This document shows positions 1-9,570 of a DNA stretch of 64,000 bases, piece after piece. The notes beneath the pieces were generated by a model, which worked only from the letters and a program-made list of their open reading frames with translations, was not told where the DNA came from and ran no database searches. Every line of letters begins with the position of its first letter. Within the stretch, counting starts at the first letter, position 1. The stretch spans positions 13,410 to 77,409 of the forward strand of contig CAIVPR010000071.1 of assembly GCA_903907865.1 (NCBI GenBank), in the 5' to 3' direction. A program made the translations under genes and the position numbers. The DNA is from an uncultured Acidobacteriia bacterium. Its GTDB lineage: Bacteria > Acidobacteriota > Terriglobia > Bryobacterales > Bryobacteraceae.

Positions 1-825
1 GTCGAGGGGTTCAAGTCCGGCCTCGACGTGGTCCTCACCCATGTGGACGACCGGTTCGACACGGGCATGAAGGATTCCATCGGTGCCGACGCCAGCCGGG
101 TTCTTCCGCTGCTCGATACCCACTCGTTTTCGTTCCTGATCGAGGACCCGGCGACCGTGTGGAACCTCGGCCCCCAGCGCTACCCCGAGATCGCCAAGCG
201 GTACCAGCCTCTGACGACCCACCCCGACAAGCTGGCCATCGACATCAATATTGTGGACCGCTACCAAGACGTCTACCCGACCAAGCAGCAGACCGGCGCG
301 GAACTGTTCCAACTGGTGCACCTCGCATCGAAAGCCTTCCCGCGTGTGGCGCTGTACTTCGAGAACAGCATCCTGAAACCGGATTTGGGCCTTCTGGCGG
401 CCTCGTCGGCGGTGGTAACAAAGTACTCCGGCACCAAGACGAAGGACCATAGGCGGGTGTCGCTCGAATCCCCGTCCGACGTGGAACTGGTCTGGGGCAA
501 TGACGGCGCCATGGTGGATGGCAAGGCATGGCCCGCAACCGGAAAAGGCGTCGTCCGGCTCCCGGCCGGCTCCCATGTCGTGGAAACCGCTTCCCACCGG
601 GACGGGATCGCAATCACCGATCTGAACGCCCGCCTGAAGTCGGCGTCTGCCGAAGGCAAGAGGGTGGCCTTCGAATATTCCAGCGACAGCCGAGCTGTCG
701 TCCGCTTCGACCGGCGTCCACAGGCGATGGAAATCGACGGCACCGCGTTCCCGGCCACCTGCGTCGAGGGCAGCGACTGCGCTATCCTGCTGCCGAAGGG
801 CGGCCACAAGGTCCTGGTCAATTAG
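1..825 (+). CDS. hypothetical protein, C-terminal portion (5' end outside window)
   Basis: Frame 1 is open from base 1 (VEGFKSGLDVVLTHVDD...) to TAG 823-825, so track entry 28..825 is only the first in-window start. Coding-like composition; no family motif recognised. Confidence 0.5.
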   Translation, partial: VEGFKSGLDVVLTHVDDRFDTGMKDSIGADASRVLPLLDTHSFSFLIEDPATVWNLGPQRYPEIAKRYQPLTTHPDKLAIDINIVDRYQDVYPTKQQTGAELFQLVHLASKAFPRVALYFENSILKPDLGLLAASSAVVTKYSGTKTKDHRRVSLESPSDVELVWGNDGAMVDGKAWPATGKGVVRLPAGSHVVETASHRDGIAITDLNARLKSASAEGKRVAFEYSSDSRAVVRFDRRPQAMEIDGTAFPATCVEGSDCAILLPKGGHKVLVN

Positions 826-835
826 AATCGGAAGT

Positions 836-1207
836 GTGAACCTCCGTCTCGACCACGTCCAAGTCGCCGGACCTCCCGGCTGCGAGCCCGAGGCCCGCGA
901 ATTCTACGGCAACATCCTGGGTCTGCGCGAACTTGTCCGGCCCAAGGAATTGGATGGGATAGGCGGCTGCTGGTTCGAGTGCGGCGCGCTGCAGCTCCAC
1001 ATTGGCACCCAGCCCGATTTCACCCCCGCCCGCAAGGCGCACCCGGCATTTCGGGTGGACGAGTTAGACGCGTTGCGCACCACCCTTCGCTCCGCCGGGT
1101 ATCCCGTCATCGAAGACACCATGATCCCCGGCACCGACCGCTTCTTCTCCGCCGACCCGTGGGGTAACCGCCTCGAATTCATCCTCGAAGCCGGTGGCAA
1201 AGTCTAG
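836..1207 (+). CDS. glyoxalase/bleomycin-resistance/dioxygenase (VOC) family protein
   Basis: 123 aa with a GTG start. LDHVQV...FYGNILGL...HPAFRVD...DPWGNRLEF matches the paired beta-alpha-beta-beta-beta VOC pattern. Confidence 0.75.
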   Translation: MNLRLDHVQVAGPPGCEPEAREFYGNILGLRELVRPKELDGIGGCWFECGALQLHIGTQPDFTPARKAHPAFRVDELDALRTTLRSAGYPVIEDTMIPGTDRFFSADPWGNRLEFILEAGGKV

Positions 1208-1209
1208 CA

Positions 1210-1827
1210 ATGCCCGACCCCACGCTCCAGGAGCAGTTCGGCCAAATCGACATCTACCTCTTCGACCAGCTCCTCCGGGGACGCATCGTGCCCGGCATGC
1301 GGATTCTGGACGCGGGCTGCGGAATAGGCCGCAACCTCGTATACTTCCTGCGCGAGGGCTACGACATCTTCGGGGCGGACTTGGATCCGCAGTCCATTTC
1401 CCGAGTGCGTGCCATTGCCCGCGAGCTGGCCCCTTCGCTGCCGGAATCGAATTTCCGCCTCGAAGCAGTCGAGAACATGTCATTCGAAGACGCCTGCGCC
1501 GACGTCGTCATCAGCAGCGCGGTGCTGCACTTTGCGGCCGACGACGCGCAATTCGAGGCCATGTTGCAAGGATCATGGCGCGTCCTGAAACCCGGCGGGC
1601 TATTCTTCTGCCGGATCGCCACGACAATCGGGATGGAGGGCCAGTTCGTGCAGGTGAATGGTCGGCGGATGCGCTCGCCCGACGGTGCCGAACGCTATAT
1701 CGTGGACGAGGCGATCCTGACCAACGCAGCCGAGCGTCTAGGTGCCGAATTGGCGGACCCGCTCAAGACCACCGTGGTGCAGAATCAAAGGGCGATGTCC
1801 ACCTGGGTCCTGCGCAAGAAGATCTAG
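1210..1827 (+). CDS. class I SAM-dependent methyltransferase
   Basis: Motif I ILDAGCGIGRN and post-I acidic residue (FGADLD). Methyltransf_11-like LKPGGLFF. Confidence 0.8.
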   Translation: MPDPTLQEQFGQIDIYLFDQLLRGRIVPGMRILDAGCGIGRNLVYFLREGYDIFGADLDPQSISRVRAIARELAPSLPESNFRLEAVENMSFEDACADVVISSAVLHFAADDAQFEAMLQGSWRVLKPGGLFFCRIATTIGMEGQFVQVNGRRMRSPDGAERYIVDEAILTNAAERLGAELADPLKTTVVQNQRAMSTWVLRKKI

Positions 1828-3119
1828 CGCCTCGCAGACTCCGCCGACATTCCCCTCGTCATCACTGCTGCGGCCAATCCCACAGCCGCCGCAAACGACA
1901 GCCACGCACCCGGTATGGCTTGATTCTTTGTGACCTCGATCAGGTACGTGCAGATCATGGGTGTGAAGCCGCCGAAAATCGCCGTCGCGCAGCTATAGGC
2001 CAGCGAAAATCCCGACGCCCGCACCTCCGCCGGCATCAACTCCGTGAGGAATACTACCATCGCACCGTTGTAGCTGCCATACAGGAATGAGAGCCACAGT
2101 TCGACTCCCAGCAGCCGCTCGAACGACGGCCCGGCGACTAGCCAAGAAAGCGCCGGATACGCGGTCAGCAACGCCAGAGATGTGAACAGGATCAGCAGCG
2201 GCGTCCGCCCGACCCTGTCCGAAACCGCCCCCATCAGCGGCAACCAGACGAAATTCGAAACCCCGACGCACAGCGTCACCACCAGCGTCTTGTTTTCCGC
2301 AAGGTGCAGTACCTTGTTCCCGAACGTCGGCGTGTAGGCCGTGATCATGTAGAACGACACCGTCGTCATCGTGACCAGCATGGTCCCCAGCAGAACCCGC
2401 TGCCAGTTCCGGCCAATGGTCGCGTACACCTCGGCCAGCCCAGGATGATGCTTCCGGCTCGTAAACGCCTCGGTCTCGGCCAGAGACCGCCGGATCAAGA
2501 ACAGGAACGGGATGATGACGCACCCGATCACCAGCGGAATCCGCCAGCCGAATGCCGACATCTGCTGCGGCGAATACCGGGAACTGAGCGCCACCCCGAT
2601 CAACGCCGCGAAAACCACCGCGCACTGCTGGCTGGCCGATTGCCACGCGACATAGAAACCCTTGTTTCCCGGCGTCGCGATCTCCGAAAGGTAAACCGAC
2701 ACCCCGCCCAATTCGACCCCCGCCGAGAATCCTTGGACCAGCCGCCCAAGTACTACCAGCAGCGGTGCCAGCAAGCCGATGCTCTCGTAGCCCGGCATGA
2801 ACGCAATCGACATGGTCCCGATCGACATCAGCCCGAGGGTGAGGATCAGGCCCTTGCGACGCCCGTTGCGGTCGATGTAGGCACCCAGGATCAGCGCGCC
2901 GAGCGGGCGCATCAGGAATCCGACTCCGAACGTCGCCAGCGAGGCCATCAGTTGCGCGAACTCGCTGCTCTTCGGGAAGAACGCCTTTCCGATGGCGGCA
3001 GCGTAGTAGCCGAAGACCATGAAGTCGTACATCTCCAGAAAGTTTCCCGCGGAGACACGGAAGACGGCCTTGATCCTGCTCGCGCGGGTATCGGAGTTGG
3101 TTGCCGGAGGTTGTCCCAT
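1824..3119 (-). CDS. MFS transporter, metabolite:H+ symporter (MHS) family
   Basis: 431 aa, multi-TM. N-terminal GNFLEMYDFMVFGYYA and loop motif DRNGRRKGLILT are typical of the KgtP/ProP/citrate-type MHS subfamily. Its 3' end overlaps the convergent methyltransferase by 4 nt. Confidence 0.85.
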   Translation of the reverse strand: MGQPPATNSDTRASRIKAVFRVSAGNFLEMYDFMVFGYYAAAIGKAFFPKSSEFAQLMASLATFGVGFLMRPLGALILGAYIDRNGRRKGLILTLGLMSIGTMSIAFMPGYESIGLLAPLLVVLGRLVQGFSAGVELGGVSVYLSEIATPGNKGFYVAWQSASQQCAVVFAALIGVALSSRYSPQQMSAFGWRIPLVIGCVIIPFLFLIRRSLAETEAFTSRKHHPGLAEVYATIGRNWQRVLLGTMLVTMTTVSFYMITAYTPTFGNKVLHLAENKTLVVTLCVGVSNFVWLPLMGAVSDRVGRTPLLILFTSLALLTAYPALSWLVAGPSFERLLGVELWLSFLYGSYNGAMVVFLTELMPAEVRASGFSLAYSCATAIFGGFTPMICTYLIEVTKNQAIPGAWLSFAAAVGLAAAVMTRGMSAESARR

Positions 3120-3181
3120 CTGATCTGTTCCAGCTTATTCCAGGTGCCGTCGGGCCTTCCACAATGCAATAAGCTGGGAGT

Positions 3182-4228
3182 GTGAAATCCCTAGCCGCGC
3201 TCGTACTGTTCGCCACAGCCGCCTTCGCCGCCGACCCAATCTTGAAGAACACGTTCGCGACGAACACCGAAGGGTGGGTCACCATGGGCAAGCCTGGCTC
3301 CACGCTCACAGCGGAGGGCGGGGCGTTGGTGTTCGGATACACCGCGGACGCGAAGTCCATGAGCGTCGCAGTCCGTCCGCTCGCCGACGTTCAACTCCAA
3401 GGCCTGAAGAGCGTACGCTTCGAAGTGAAGACGGACTCCCCGTTCGCCCTCGCCGTCGTCCTCAGCGAACACAAGCCTGGCGGCGCGAGTTACACGGCCA
3501 ATATTTGGTCGTCAGGCAACACTTGGCAGCCCGTCGTCCTCAGTTTGGCCGACTTCATCGAAGGCGAGGGACCGAACGAGCCCGCCGATTCCGACGGCAA
3601 ACTGGATCCCGACCAACTGGAGGGGGTCGGCTTGATCGACGTGTCGCAGATCTTCAGCCGCCCCGGAGGTCCGATTTTCAGCATGCCCCACGAAGGGCAC
3701 CATACGATTTCAGTCCGGAACTTTACCCTCTCGCCGGACCCCGTCGCACCGTTGCCCGCGATGACAGTGGAGGATTTCTCCCGTCCCCAGCCGATGTGGG
3801 TCTCCCCCGGTCCCGCAACCTTGACCCAAGCGGACGGCGCGCTCAAAATCGCCTACCAGCAGCAGGCTGACCAAGCCGTGGTCTTTGTCCGACCGCTTCA
3901 GAAGCGCGATTACAAGGGAGCCACGCACCTCGCATTCGACATTTCTTCCACTCGCCCCGGACAGTTCATCTGGGCCCTGTCGGAAGGCCGCAACCACAGC
4001 CCGACCGAAGGCGCGCGCTACAACTGCGACTTCGTCATCCTCGATACCAACAAGTTGGACCATCGGGAACTGGACCTCTCGGCTTTCAATTTGGATGCCA
4101 ACGGGCCTGCCGACAAGAACGGCAAGCTCGACCTCGACAACCTTCGCACACTGAGCTTGATCGATTTCAGCCAGCAGGACGGGCCCAACACGCTGACAAT
4201 ATCGAACATCCATTTCGTGACGAAATAG
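3182..4228 (+). CDS. secreted protein with two tandem CBM11/CIA30-like beta-sandwich halves
   Basis: Signal peptide MKSLAALVLFATAAFAADP. Clear internal duplication (GALVFGY..VRPL..ADSDGKLDPDQLEGVGLIDVSQ versus GALKIAYQ..VRPL..ADKNGKLDLDNLRTLSLIDFSQ). The family assignment is tentative. Confidence 0.6.
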   Translation: MKSLAALVLFATAAFAADPILKNTFATNTEGWVTMGKPGSTLTAEGGALVFGYTADAKSMSVAVRPLADVQLQGLKSVRFEVKTDSPFALAVVLSEHKPGGASYTANIWSSGNTWQPVVLSLADFIEGEGPNEPADSDGKLDPDQLEGVGLIDVSQIFSRPGGPIFSMPHEGHHTISVRNFTLSPDPVAPLPAMTVEDFSRPQPMWVSPGPATLTQADGALKIAYQQQADQAVVFVRPLQKRDYKGATHLAFDISSTRPGQFIWALSEGRNHSPTEGARYNCDFVILDTNKLDHRELDLSAFNLDANGPADKNGKLDLDNLRTLSLIDFSQQDGPNTLTISNIHFVTK

Positions 4229-4303
4229 GGGGTGCCACGGGGAGATTCGGGCGTGATAAGATCTTCTCATTCGCTTCAAGACGAGGCGAAATAAGGAGAG
4301 TTG

Positions 4304-4894
4304 ATGAAGAAAAGTTTCACCCTATTATGCGTGGGTCTTGCGCTCGCGGGGTCGCTCGCGGCGGGCACGATTACGGAGAATCCGCTGGCACCCTCTCAGG
4401 CCACTGCCACTGATATTGCCTTGGGCCAATCCGTGACAACTCCCTCGGGTGGTCCGTGGACAGACTTGACTTTCAACCTGCTCAGGTCGACCAACACCCC
4501 GTACGCCATAGGTGACCTCTATCTGCTCACTCAGGCATACTCGGGTTCGCCTTCGGGGCTCAGCAGCAGTGTGGCCGGCTTCGTGGCCAGCACTTCGACG
4601 ATCTCAGGCGGCCTCTGGGTTTTCGATCCTTCGGTCAGTGTGGACGGGAGCACGCAATACTTCCTGTACATGGACACCACTTTCGGCGATAATGTTGCCA
4701 TGAAATACTCTGGAAACACCTACTCTGGAGGTGATGCCTACGCCACCAGCAGCGGCAATTACGGCGTGCGTTCCTTCGACCTGACCTTTAATTTCAGCGG
4801 CACAGAGGCCTCCGCAGCTCCGGAACCCGGCACTGCTCTGCTGATGAGCGCGATTGCGTTGACGGCCTTCGGCGTCCGTCGGATTCGGAAGTAG
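4304..4894 (+). CDS. PEP-CTERM sorting-domain protein
   Basis: ATG at 4304 follows AAGGAGAG (the track starts at TTG 4301). Signal peptide present. C-terminus is APEPGTALLMSAIALTAFGVRRIRK, i.e. PEP motif + TM helix + basic tail. Confidence 0.8.
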   Translation: MKKSFTLLCVGLALAGSLAAGTITENPLAPSQATATDIALGQSVTTPSGGPWTDLTFNLLRSTNTPYAIGDLYLLTQAYSGSPSGLSSSVAGFVASTSTISGGLWVFDPSVSVDGSTQYFLYMDTTFGDNVAMKYSGNTYSGGDAYATSSGNYGVRSFDLTFNFSGTEASAAPEPGTALLMSAIALTAFGVRRIRK

Positions 4895-4907
4895 CCGTTG
4901 TCCAGTT

Positions 4908-4937
4908 GGCCGGTCCGGGTTCTTTCCCGGACCGGCC
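4908..4937. terminator. bidirectional hairpin between convergent genes
   Basis: Perfect 12-bp inverted repeat GGCCGGTCCGGG-TTCTTT-CCCGGACCGGCC, lying between the stop at 4894 (+) and the stop at 4955 (-). Confidence 0.6.
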
Positions 4938-4954
4938 ACTTCCTTCCAACTGCC

Positions 4955-6031
4955 CTACTTCACGTCCCCGGCAGGCTTGGCGAACTTGGCGTCGTCAATC
5001 GGCGTGTTGTTCTTCAGCGACGAGATCTGGATCGTGAACCGGCCGTTGGGGCGCGAAAGCGTCCAGCGGAACGGCGTCTTCACGCCATCGGTCTCCCGGT
5101 AGTCGGAGTAGTCGATCTGAGTCGGCATCCGGCCCAGCGGCGTTTCGGCGTAGCGGACCATCCGGACCAGCAATCCCGTGCCCCGGTCGAAATACAGGCG
5201 GATGGCAGGCTTGCCCGGCGCGGTTCCGTTCAGCGTGTCGCACAAAACCCCCGCGACCGTTTCAGGACGTCCCCGCCGGATTTGCGGATAGAGTTCCTTC
5301 AATCGCAGACCAAGGTGGAACTCCGCGTCCAACGACGAAGAGGCGGACTCGGACTCGGACATGGACCGGGCAGGGCGACCGGTATTGCCCATCCAGCCAG
5401 CCTTGCCGTCGAAAGCGGTAAAACTGTCGCTGTTCGAGTGGGTGACCGTAACCCGCATGTTCGGAGCCTTGGTTGTCACGTCGACGGGCGTTTCGGAGCC
5501 GCCAGTAAGGATCTTGCCCGTCATCTGACGCGTGGTCACCTTCTTAAGCGCGTCGGTTCCACCGAGTGCGGAGACATACTTTTCGAGAATCTGGTCCACC
5601 GTCGGGGCAGCCGCGCCCGCCGCCGGAGCTGCCGGAGCCGGTGGCTTCGGAGCCGCGTCGGCTTCCATCACACCCGGAATGGCGACCGGACGCTCCGATC
5701 CCCTGTGGCAGGAGTTGCAGGTGATCTGCGGGCGACCGCCAAAGTGCTCCTTGTTGATCGCCGCCGTCATCGTAATCATTTCGCGAGCGGTCTTCTTGGC
5801 ACCCTTGTCGTCCGCCTCCATCTTGCCGGGGGTGTGGCAAAACGCGCATTCCACGCCCAGCGAAGTCGCCATAAACTGCATGGCCGGGCCAATCTGGTCT
5901 GCCGGGACGTCCTTCAGAACCGTTAGGTTCTTGTAGGCTGGTGCCGCGGGCGCGGCGTCATGCTGGGCCCAGAGAGTTTGCGTGGCCACGGGCAGCGCAA
6001 GAACGGCAACGATGAGAATTCTGGTGGTCAT
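4955..6031 (-). CDS. c-type cytochrome (reaction-centre cytochrome c-like N-domain) fused to a LolA-like/lipoprotein-sorting-like beta domain
   Basis: Signal peptide. YKNLTVLKD...CAFCH...REMITMT...CNSCH gives two CXXCH motifs in the CytoC_RC-like context. An Ala/Pro linker is followed by a ~200-aa beta-rich C-terminal domain. Confidence 0.7.
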   Translation of the reverse strand: MTTRILIVAVLALPVATQTLWAQHDAAPAAPAYKNLTVLKDVPADQIGPAMQFMATSLGVECAFCHTPGKMEADDKGAKKTAREMITMTAAINKEHFGGRPQITCNSCHRGSERPVAIPGVMEADAAPKPPAPAAPAAGAAAPTVDQILEKYVSALGGTDALKKVTTRQMTGKILTGGSETPVDVTTKAPNMRVTVTHSNSDSFTAFDGKAGWMGNTGRPARSMSESESASSSLDAEFHLGLRLKELYPQIRRGRPETVAGVLCDTLNGTAPGKPAIRLYFDRGTGLLVRMVRYAETPLGRMPTQIDYSDYRETDGVKTPFRWTLSRPNGRFTIQISSLKNNTPIDDAKFAKPAGDVK

Positions 6032-6079
6032 AGGGTACCTGTTCCTTGAATCATAGCGCGAATTGGACCTGACCGGGCT

Positions 6080-7465
6080 CTACAACGAACATTCCGCGTG
6101 CACGGCCCGTACCGCCTTCTCCAGCCCGTCCCGCCGCACCACCACCGAGATCGTTAACTCGCTCGACCCCTGCGCGATCGCGATGATGTTGATGTTCTCC
6201 CGCGAAATCGCCGTAAAGATGCGCCCCGCGAAACCGGAAAAGCCCCGCATCCCCTCGCCGACCACTGCCAGCAGTCCCACATTGTGGTCCACCTCCGGCT
6301 CCAGCACGTATCCGTGCGCCATTTCGAGCGCCAAGGCCGATTCGATGGCCTCCAGCGTCTTCGTCAACTCGTCGTTGCGGACCAGGAAGCAGAAACTCTG
6401 CCGGTAGCTGGAACTGGAAAGCGCCAAGATCTCCACGTTGACGCGGTCCATCGCGTCGAGCGCCCGCGCCATCACGTGCACGCCGCTCACCGCCGGATTC
6501 GCCGGTTCGAGCGACACCAGAGACACGTTCGCCATCGACGTCACCGCCCGAGCGCCCATGTTGCCCTCGCCCAGCTTGGACACGATGCACGTGCCCGGCT
6601 TCTCCGGCGCGAAACTGTTCTTGCTCCACACTGGAATGCCGCGCTCGGCAATCGGGGCCAGCGTCCGGGGATGCAGCACCTTCGCCCCCGCGTACGCTAG
6701 TTCGGCGGCCTCGGCATAGGTGATCTCGTCCAGAATCTTGGCGTTCGGGACGAGGCGCGGGTCCGCGGTCATGATGCCGTCCACGTCCGACCAGATCCAC
6801 AACTCGGTCGCATCCAACGATGCCGCCAGAATCGACGCCGAAAAATCAGAGCCACCGCGGCCCAGGGTGGTCGGCCGCCCGTCCGCCGTCGCGCCGTTGA
6901 ATCCGGTAACAATCGGGACCACGCCTTTTTCAAGCACCGGTCCCAGCCGCTCGCCAGCCTTGACCCGAGTCGCATCCATGATCGGTGAAGCGTTGTTGAA
7001 CACCGCGTCAGTCACCAGCACCGAGGCCGCGTTCACCGGTTCCGCAGCCACGCCCTGCGAATTCAGGCACTCGCTCACCAAGACGGCCGAGAGCCTTTCG
7101 CCGATGGCAATCGCCTCGTCCACCGCGCGCGGGGGCCGATAGGCCAGCATTTCCATGCCGCCGACGATGCGCCGGAAGTCGGCGATCAAGGCCGCAATGG
7201 CCTCATTCACGCGCGGCAGTTCCGATTCGGGCAGCAGTTCCTTGGCGGTGTCGATGTGGCGCGCCTCCAGTGAGGCCAGGTTCCGGTCAACGCCGGGGCG
7301 GTCGCCGGCTTCGGCGTGGCGCGTCGTGTCGAGCAGCAGGTCTGTGATCTTCGACATCGCCGAAACCACCGCGACCACCGGTCGCACCGCCGCCTCCTTC
7401 CGGATCAGCGCGCACGAAGCGGCAATACGGGCGGCGGTACCGACGGAGGTTCCGCCAAACTTCAT
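6080..7465 (-). CDS. lysC: aspartate kinase
   Basis: True start taken as MKFGGTSVG (ATG at 7465, which is M72 of track ORF 6080..7678). Kinase core followed by C-terminal ACT-like repeats (VSLVS...ILALSSS / LLAVVGEGM...IIAIAQGSSE). Confidence 0.9.
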   Translation of the reverse strand: MKFGGTSVGTAARIAASCALIRKEAAVRPVVAVVSAMSKITDLLLDTTRHAEAGDRPGVDRNLASLEARHIDTAKELLPESELPRVNEAIAALIADFRRIVGGMEMLAYRPPRAVDEAIAIGERLSAVLVSECLNSQGVAAEPVNAASVLVTDAVFNNASPIMDATRVKAGERLGPVLEKGVVPIVTGFNGATADGRPTTLGRGGSDFSASILAASLDATELWIWSDVDGIMTADPRLVPNAKILDEITYAEAAELAYAGAKVLHPRTLAPIAERGIPVWSKNSFAPEKPGTCIVSKLGEGNMGARAVTSMANVSLVSLEPANPAVSGVHVMARALDAMDRVNVEILALSSSSYRQSFCFLVRNDELTKTLEAIESALALEMAHGYVLEPEVDHNVGLLAVVGEGMRGFSGFAGRIFTAISRENINIIAIAQGSSELTISVVVRRDGLEKAVRAVHAECSL

Positions 7466-7484
7466 CACAAGCAGGTTCTGCAAA

Positions 7485-8132
7485 CTACAATTCCTTTCGG
7501 ACAGCAATTTCGAGGATCTTCGCGACCACTTCGTCGATCGATAGACCCGTTGTATCCACCCGGACCGCGTCCGGAGCTTGAACGAGAGGCGATTCGGCGC
7601 GACCGCTGTCGCGCGCGTCCCGTTCGGCAATCTGGCGGGCCAGTTCCTCCACGGAAACGCCCGGCGTCTCGGCGGCACGGCGTTTGGCGCGCTCGAACGG
7701 GTCGGCGTCGAGGAAAATCTTCACCGTCGCATCGGGAAAAACGACGGTCCCGATATCCCGGCCCTCCATTACGACACCCACCGTATCCGCCATCGCCCGC
7801 TGTTTCGCGACCAAGGCCACCCGGACCGGGCCGACCGCGGCGACTTTCGACGCTCCCGAAGCGACCTCGGGTGTCCGGATCGCCTCGCTTACATCCTCGC
7901 CGTCAAACAGGGTGCGGCGTCCAGCTCCGAACTCGATCCCGGCATCCACCGCGATCCGTTCCAACGCAGCCGAATCATCGAGCGTAACCCCGTCGCGCAA
8001 GGCCCGCAACGCAACGGCACGGTACATGGCACCGGTGTCGATGTAGGTGAGCCCGAGTTTTTCCGCCAGTGTCCTGGCGATGGTGCTCTTGCCCGCCCCG
8101 GCTGGACCATCGATGGCAACCACCCGGCGCAT
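7485..8132 (-). CDS. cmk: cytidylate kinase
   Basis: MRRVVAIDGPAGAGKSTIARTLAEKLGLTYIDTGAMYRA (P-loop plus Cmk signature). Overlaps the ugd stop by 1 nt (TGATG). Confidence 0.92.
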   Translation of the reverse strand: MRRVVAIDGPAGAGKSTIARTLAEKLGLTYIDTGAMYRAVALRALRDGVTLDDSAALERIAVDAGIEFGAGRRTLFDGEDVSEAIRTPEVASGASKVAAVGPVRVALVAKQRAMADTVGVVMEGRDIGTVVFPDATVKIFLDADPFERAKRRAAETPGVSVEELARQIAERDARDSGRAESPLVQAPDAVRVDTTGLSIDEVVAKILEIAVRKEL

Positions 8133-9529
8133 CAGTTGCCGGAACCTTGCCGCCGTTGGCGCGCACGTCCAATGCCTTCATACGCAAAACCTGCCGCGCG
8201 GGCTTTCTCGGGATCAAATAGGTTGCGTCCGTCGATCAGCACCGGCTTGCTCATGCGTCCGGCGATTGCCGCCAGATCCAGCTCGGCGAATTCAGCCCAT
8301 TCCGTGACCAGCACCAAGGCGTCGGCACCGTCAACGGTGGCCAAGGCGTTGGCCGCATATTGAATACCCAGGTTGGGATGCTGGGCCCGGCACGCGTTCA
8401 TGGCGACTGGATCGAAGGCCTTCACTCTCGCGCCCATGCGAATCAGCTTGTCTGCGATCAGGAGGCTGGGCGCATCGCGCAGATCGTCCGTATTGGGCTT
8501 GAAGGCGAGGCCGAGCAGCGCAATGGTACGGCCTTTGAGGATGCCGAGGCGCTCCTGCAATTTCTGGATGATCACCTGCCGCTGGTTGGCGTTTACCGTC
8601 AGCGAGGCTTCCAGCAAGTGGGCCTTGTAACCGTATTCGGCGGAAGTGTGCAGCAGCGACGAAACGTCCTTGCCAAAGCAACTGCCGCCCCAGCCGAGTC
8701 CGGCGTTCAGGAACTTCGAACCGATGCGGGTGTCGAGTCCAATGCCGAGCATTACCTCTGTCACATCCGCGCCCACGCGCTCGCAGATGTTCGCGATCTC
8801 GTTGGCGAACCCGATCTTAACGGTCAGAAACGCGTTGGCCGAGTACTTGATCATCTCGGCGGACGTCAGGGTCGTCTCCACCACGCGGACAGGCCACATC
8901 GCCGCCGGACGGGGCGCAAATGATGGTGCTTCGAAAGTCTGCGACGCGAGCGGCGCATAGAGCGCGCGCATCACATCCAAAGTGGCCGCTTCCTCCGCAC
9001 CGAGAACAATGCGGTCGGGATACAGCGAGTCGTGGATTGCCGAGCCTTCGCGCAAGAACTCGGGGTTGCTGGCAACTCCGAAACACACCGGGCCGGATTC
9101 TGTCTCCGCAATGCCTTCCCGCACCAGAGTCTGCACCAAGTTGCCGGTACCCACAGGTACCGTCGATTTATTGACCACCACCCGGAACTTCGACCCGTCC
9201 ATGGCCTTGCCGATACCGCGCGCGGCAGCTTCGAGGTAGGTCAGATTTGACTCGCCCGAAGGTAGCGGTGGCGTGCCGACCGCGATGAAAATGACGTCGC
9301 TCTCGAGAACGGGGCTGCTTAGGTCGGTCTCAAAATCGATCCCGCCGCTGGCATGCGCCAACTGGATTAACTCCTCGAGGCCGGGCTCGTAGATGGGGGA
9401 CTCGCCAGCTCGCAGCCGGTCAATCTTGGACTGGTCGGTGTCGACGCATGTCACCCTATGCCCCAAACACGCCAAGCAAGCGCCGGTGACGGTTCCCACG
9501 TAGCCGGTTCCAATTACTGTAACTCTCAT
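8132..9529 (-). CDS. ugd: UDP-glucose 6-dehydrogenase (UDP-glucose/GDP-mannose dehydrogenase family)
   Basis: N-terminal Rossmann motif VIGTGYVGTVTGACLA, central GGSCFGKDV catalytic-Cys motif; 465 aa. Confidence 0.9.
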   Translation of the reverse strand: MRVTVIGTGYVGTVTGACLACLGHRVTCVDTDQSKIDRLRAGESPIYEPGLEELIQLAHASGGIDFETDLSSPVLESDVIFIAVGTPPLPSGESNLTYLEAAARGIGKAMDGSKFRVVVNKSTVPVGTGNLVQTLVREGIAETESGPVCFGVASNPEFLREGSAIHDSLYPDRIVLGAEEAATLDVMRALYAPLASQTFEAPSFAPRPAAMWPVRVVETTLTSAEMIKYSANAFLTVKIGFANEIANICERVGADVTEVMLGIGLDTRIGSKFLNAGLGWGGSCFGKDVSSLLHTSAEYGYKAHLLEASLTVNANQRQVIIQKLQERLGILKGRTIALLGLAFKPNTDDLRDAPSLLIADKLIRMGARVKAFDPVAMNACRAQHPNLGIQYAANALATVDGADALVLVTEWAEFAELDLAAIAGRMSKPVLIDGRNLFDPEKARAAGFAYEGIGRARQRRQGSGN

Positions 9530-9570
9530 TCGATAACTACCAGTTTAGTCGGCTCCAGTGGGTCGCGCAC

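Noticed and set aside
1-27. tRNA T-arm-like sequence GTCGAGG-GGTTCAAGTCCGG-CCTCGAC at the very start of the window.
   Set aside because: GGTTCAAGTCC resembles a T-loop, but the flanking pairing does not fit a 5-bp T-stem plus acceptor geometry. It lies inside an open coding frame, and the upstream part that would be needed for a tRNA is outside the window.
1993-3360. Long track ORFs overlapping or antisense to recognised genes. Examples: 1993..3360(-), 2304..3185(+), 4898..5926(+), 6051..6800(-), 23613..24926(-), 27081..28814(+), 33115..35328(-), 37923..38939(-), 39111..40577(-), 42276..43202(-), 43172..44707(-).
   Set aside because: Their translations are Arg/Gly/Pro/Ala/His-rich and motif-free, which is typical of shadow ORFs in high-GC DNA. 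In every case the other strand or another frame carries a clearly recognisable protein family.
7466-7484. Possible lysine riboswitch or attenuator upstream of aspartate kinase.
   Set aside because: Only 19 nt separate cmk and the kinase start, which is too short for a riboswitch. The gene appears to be transcribed as part of the upstream operon.
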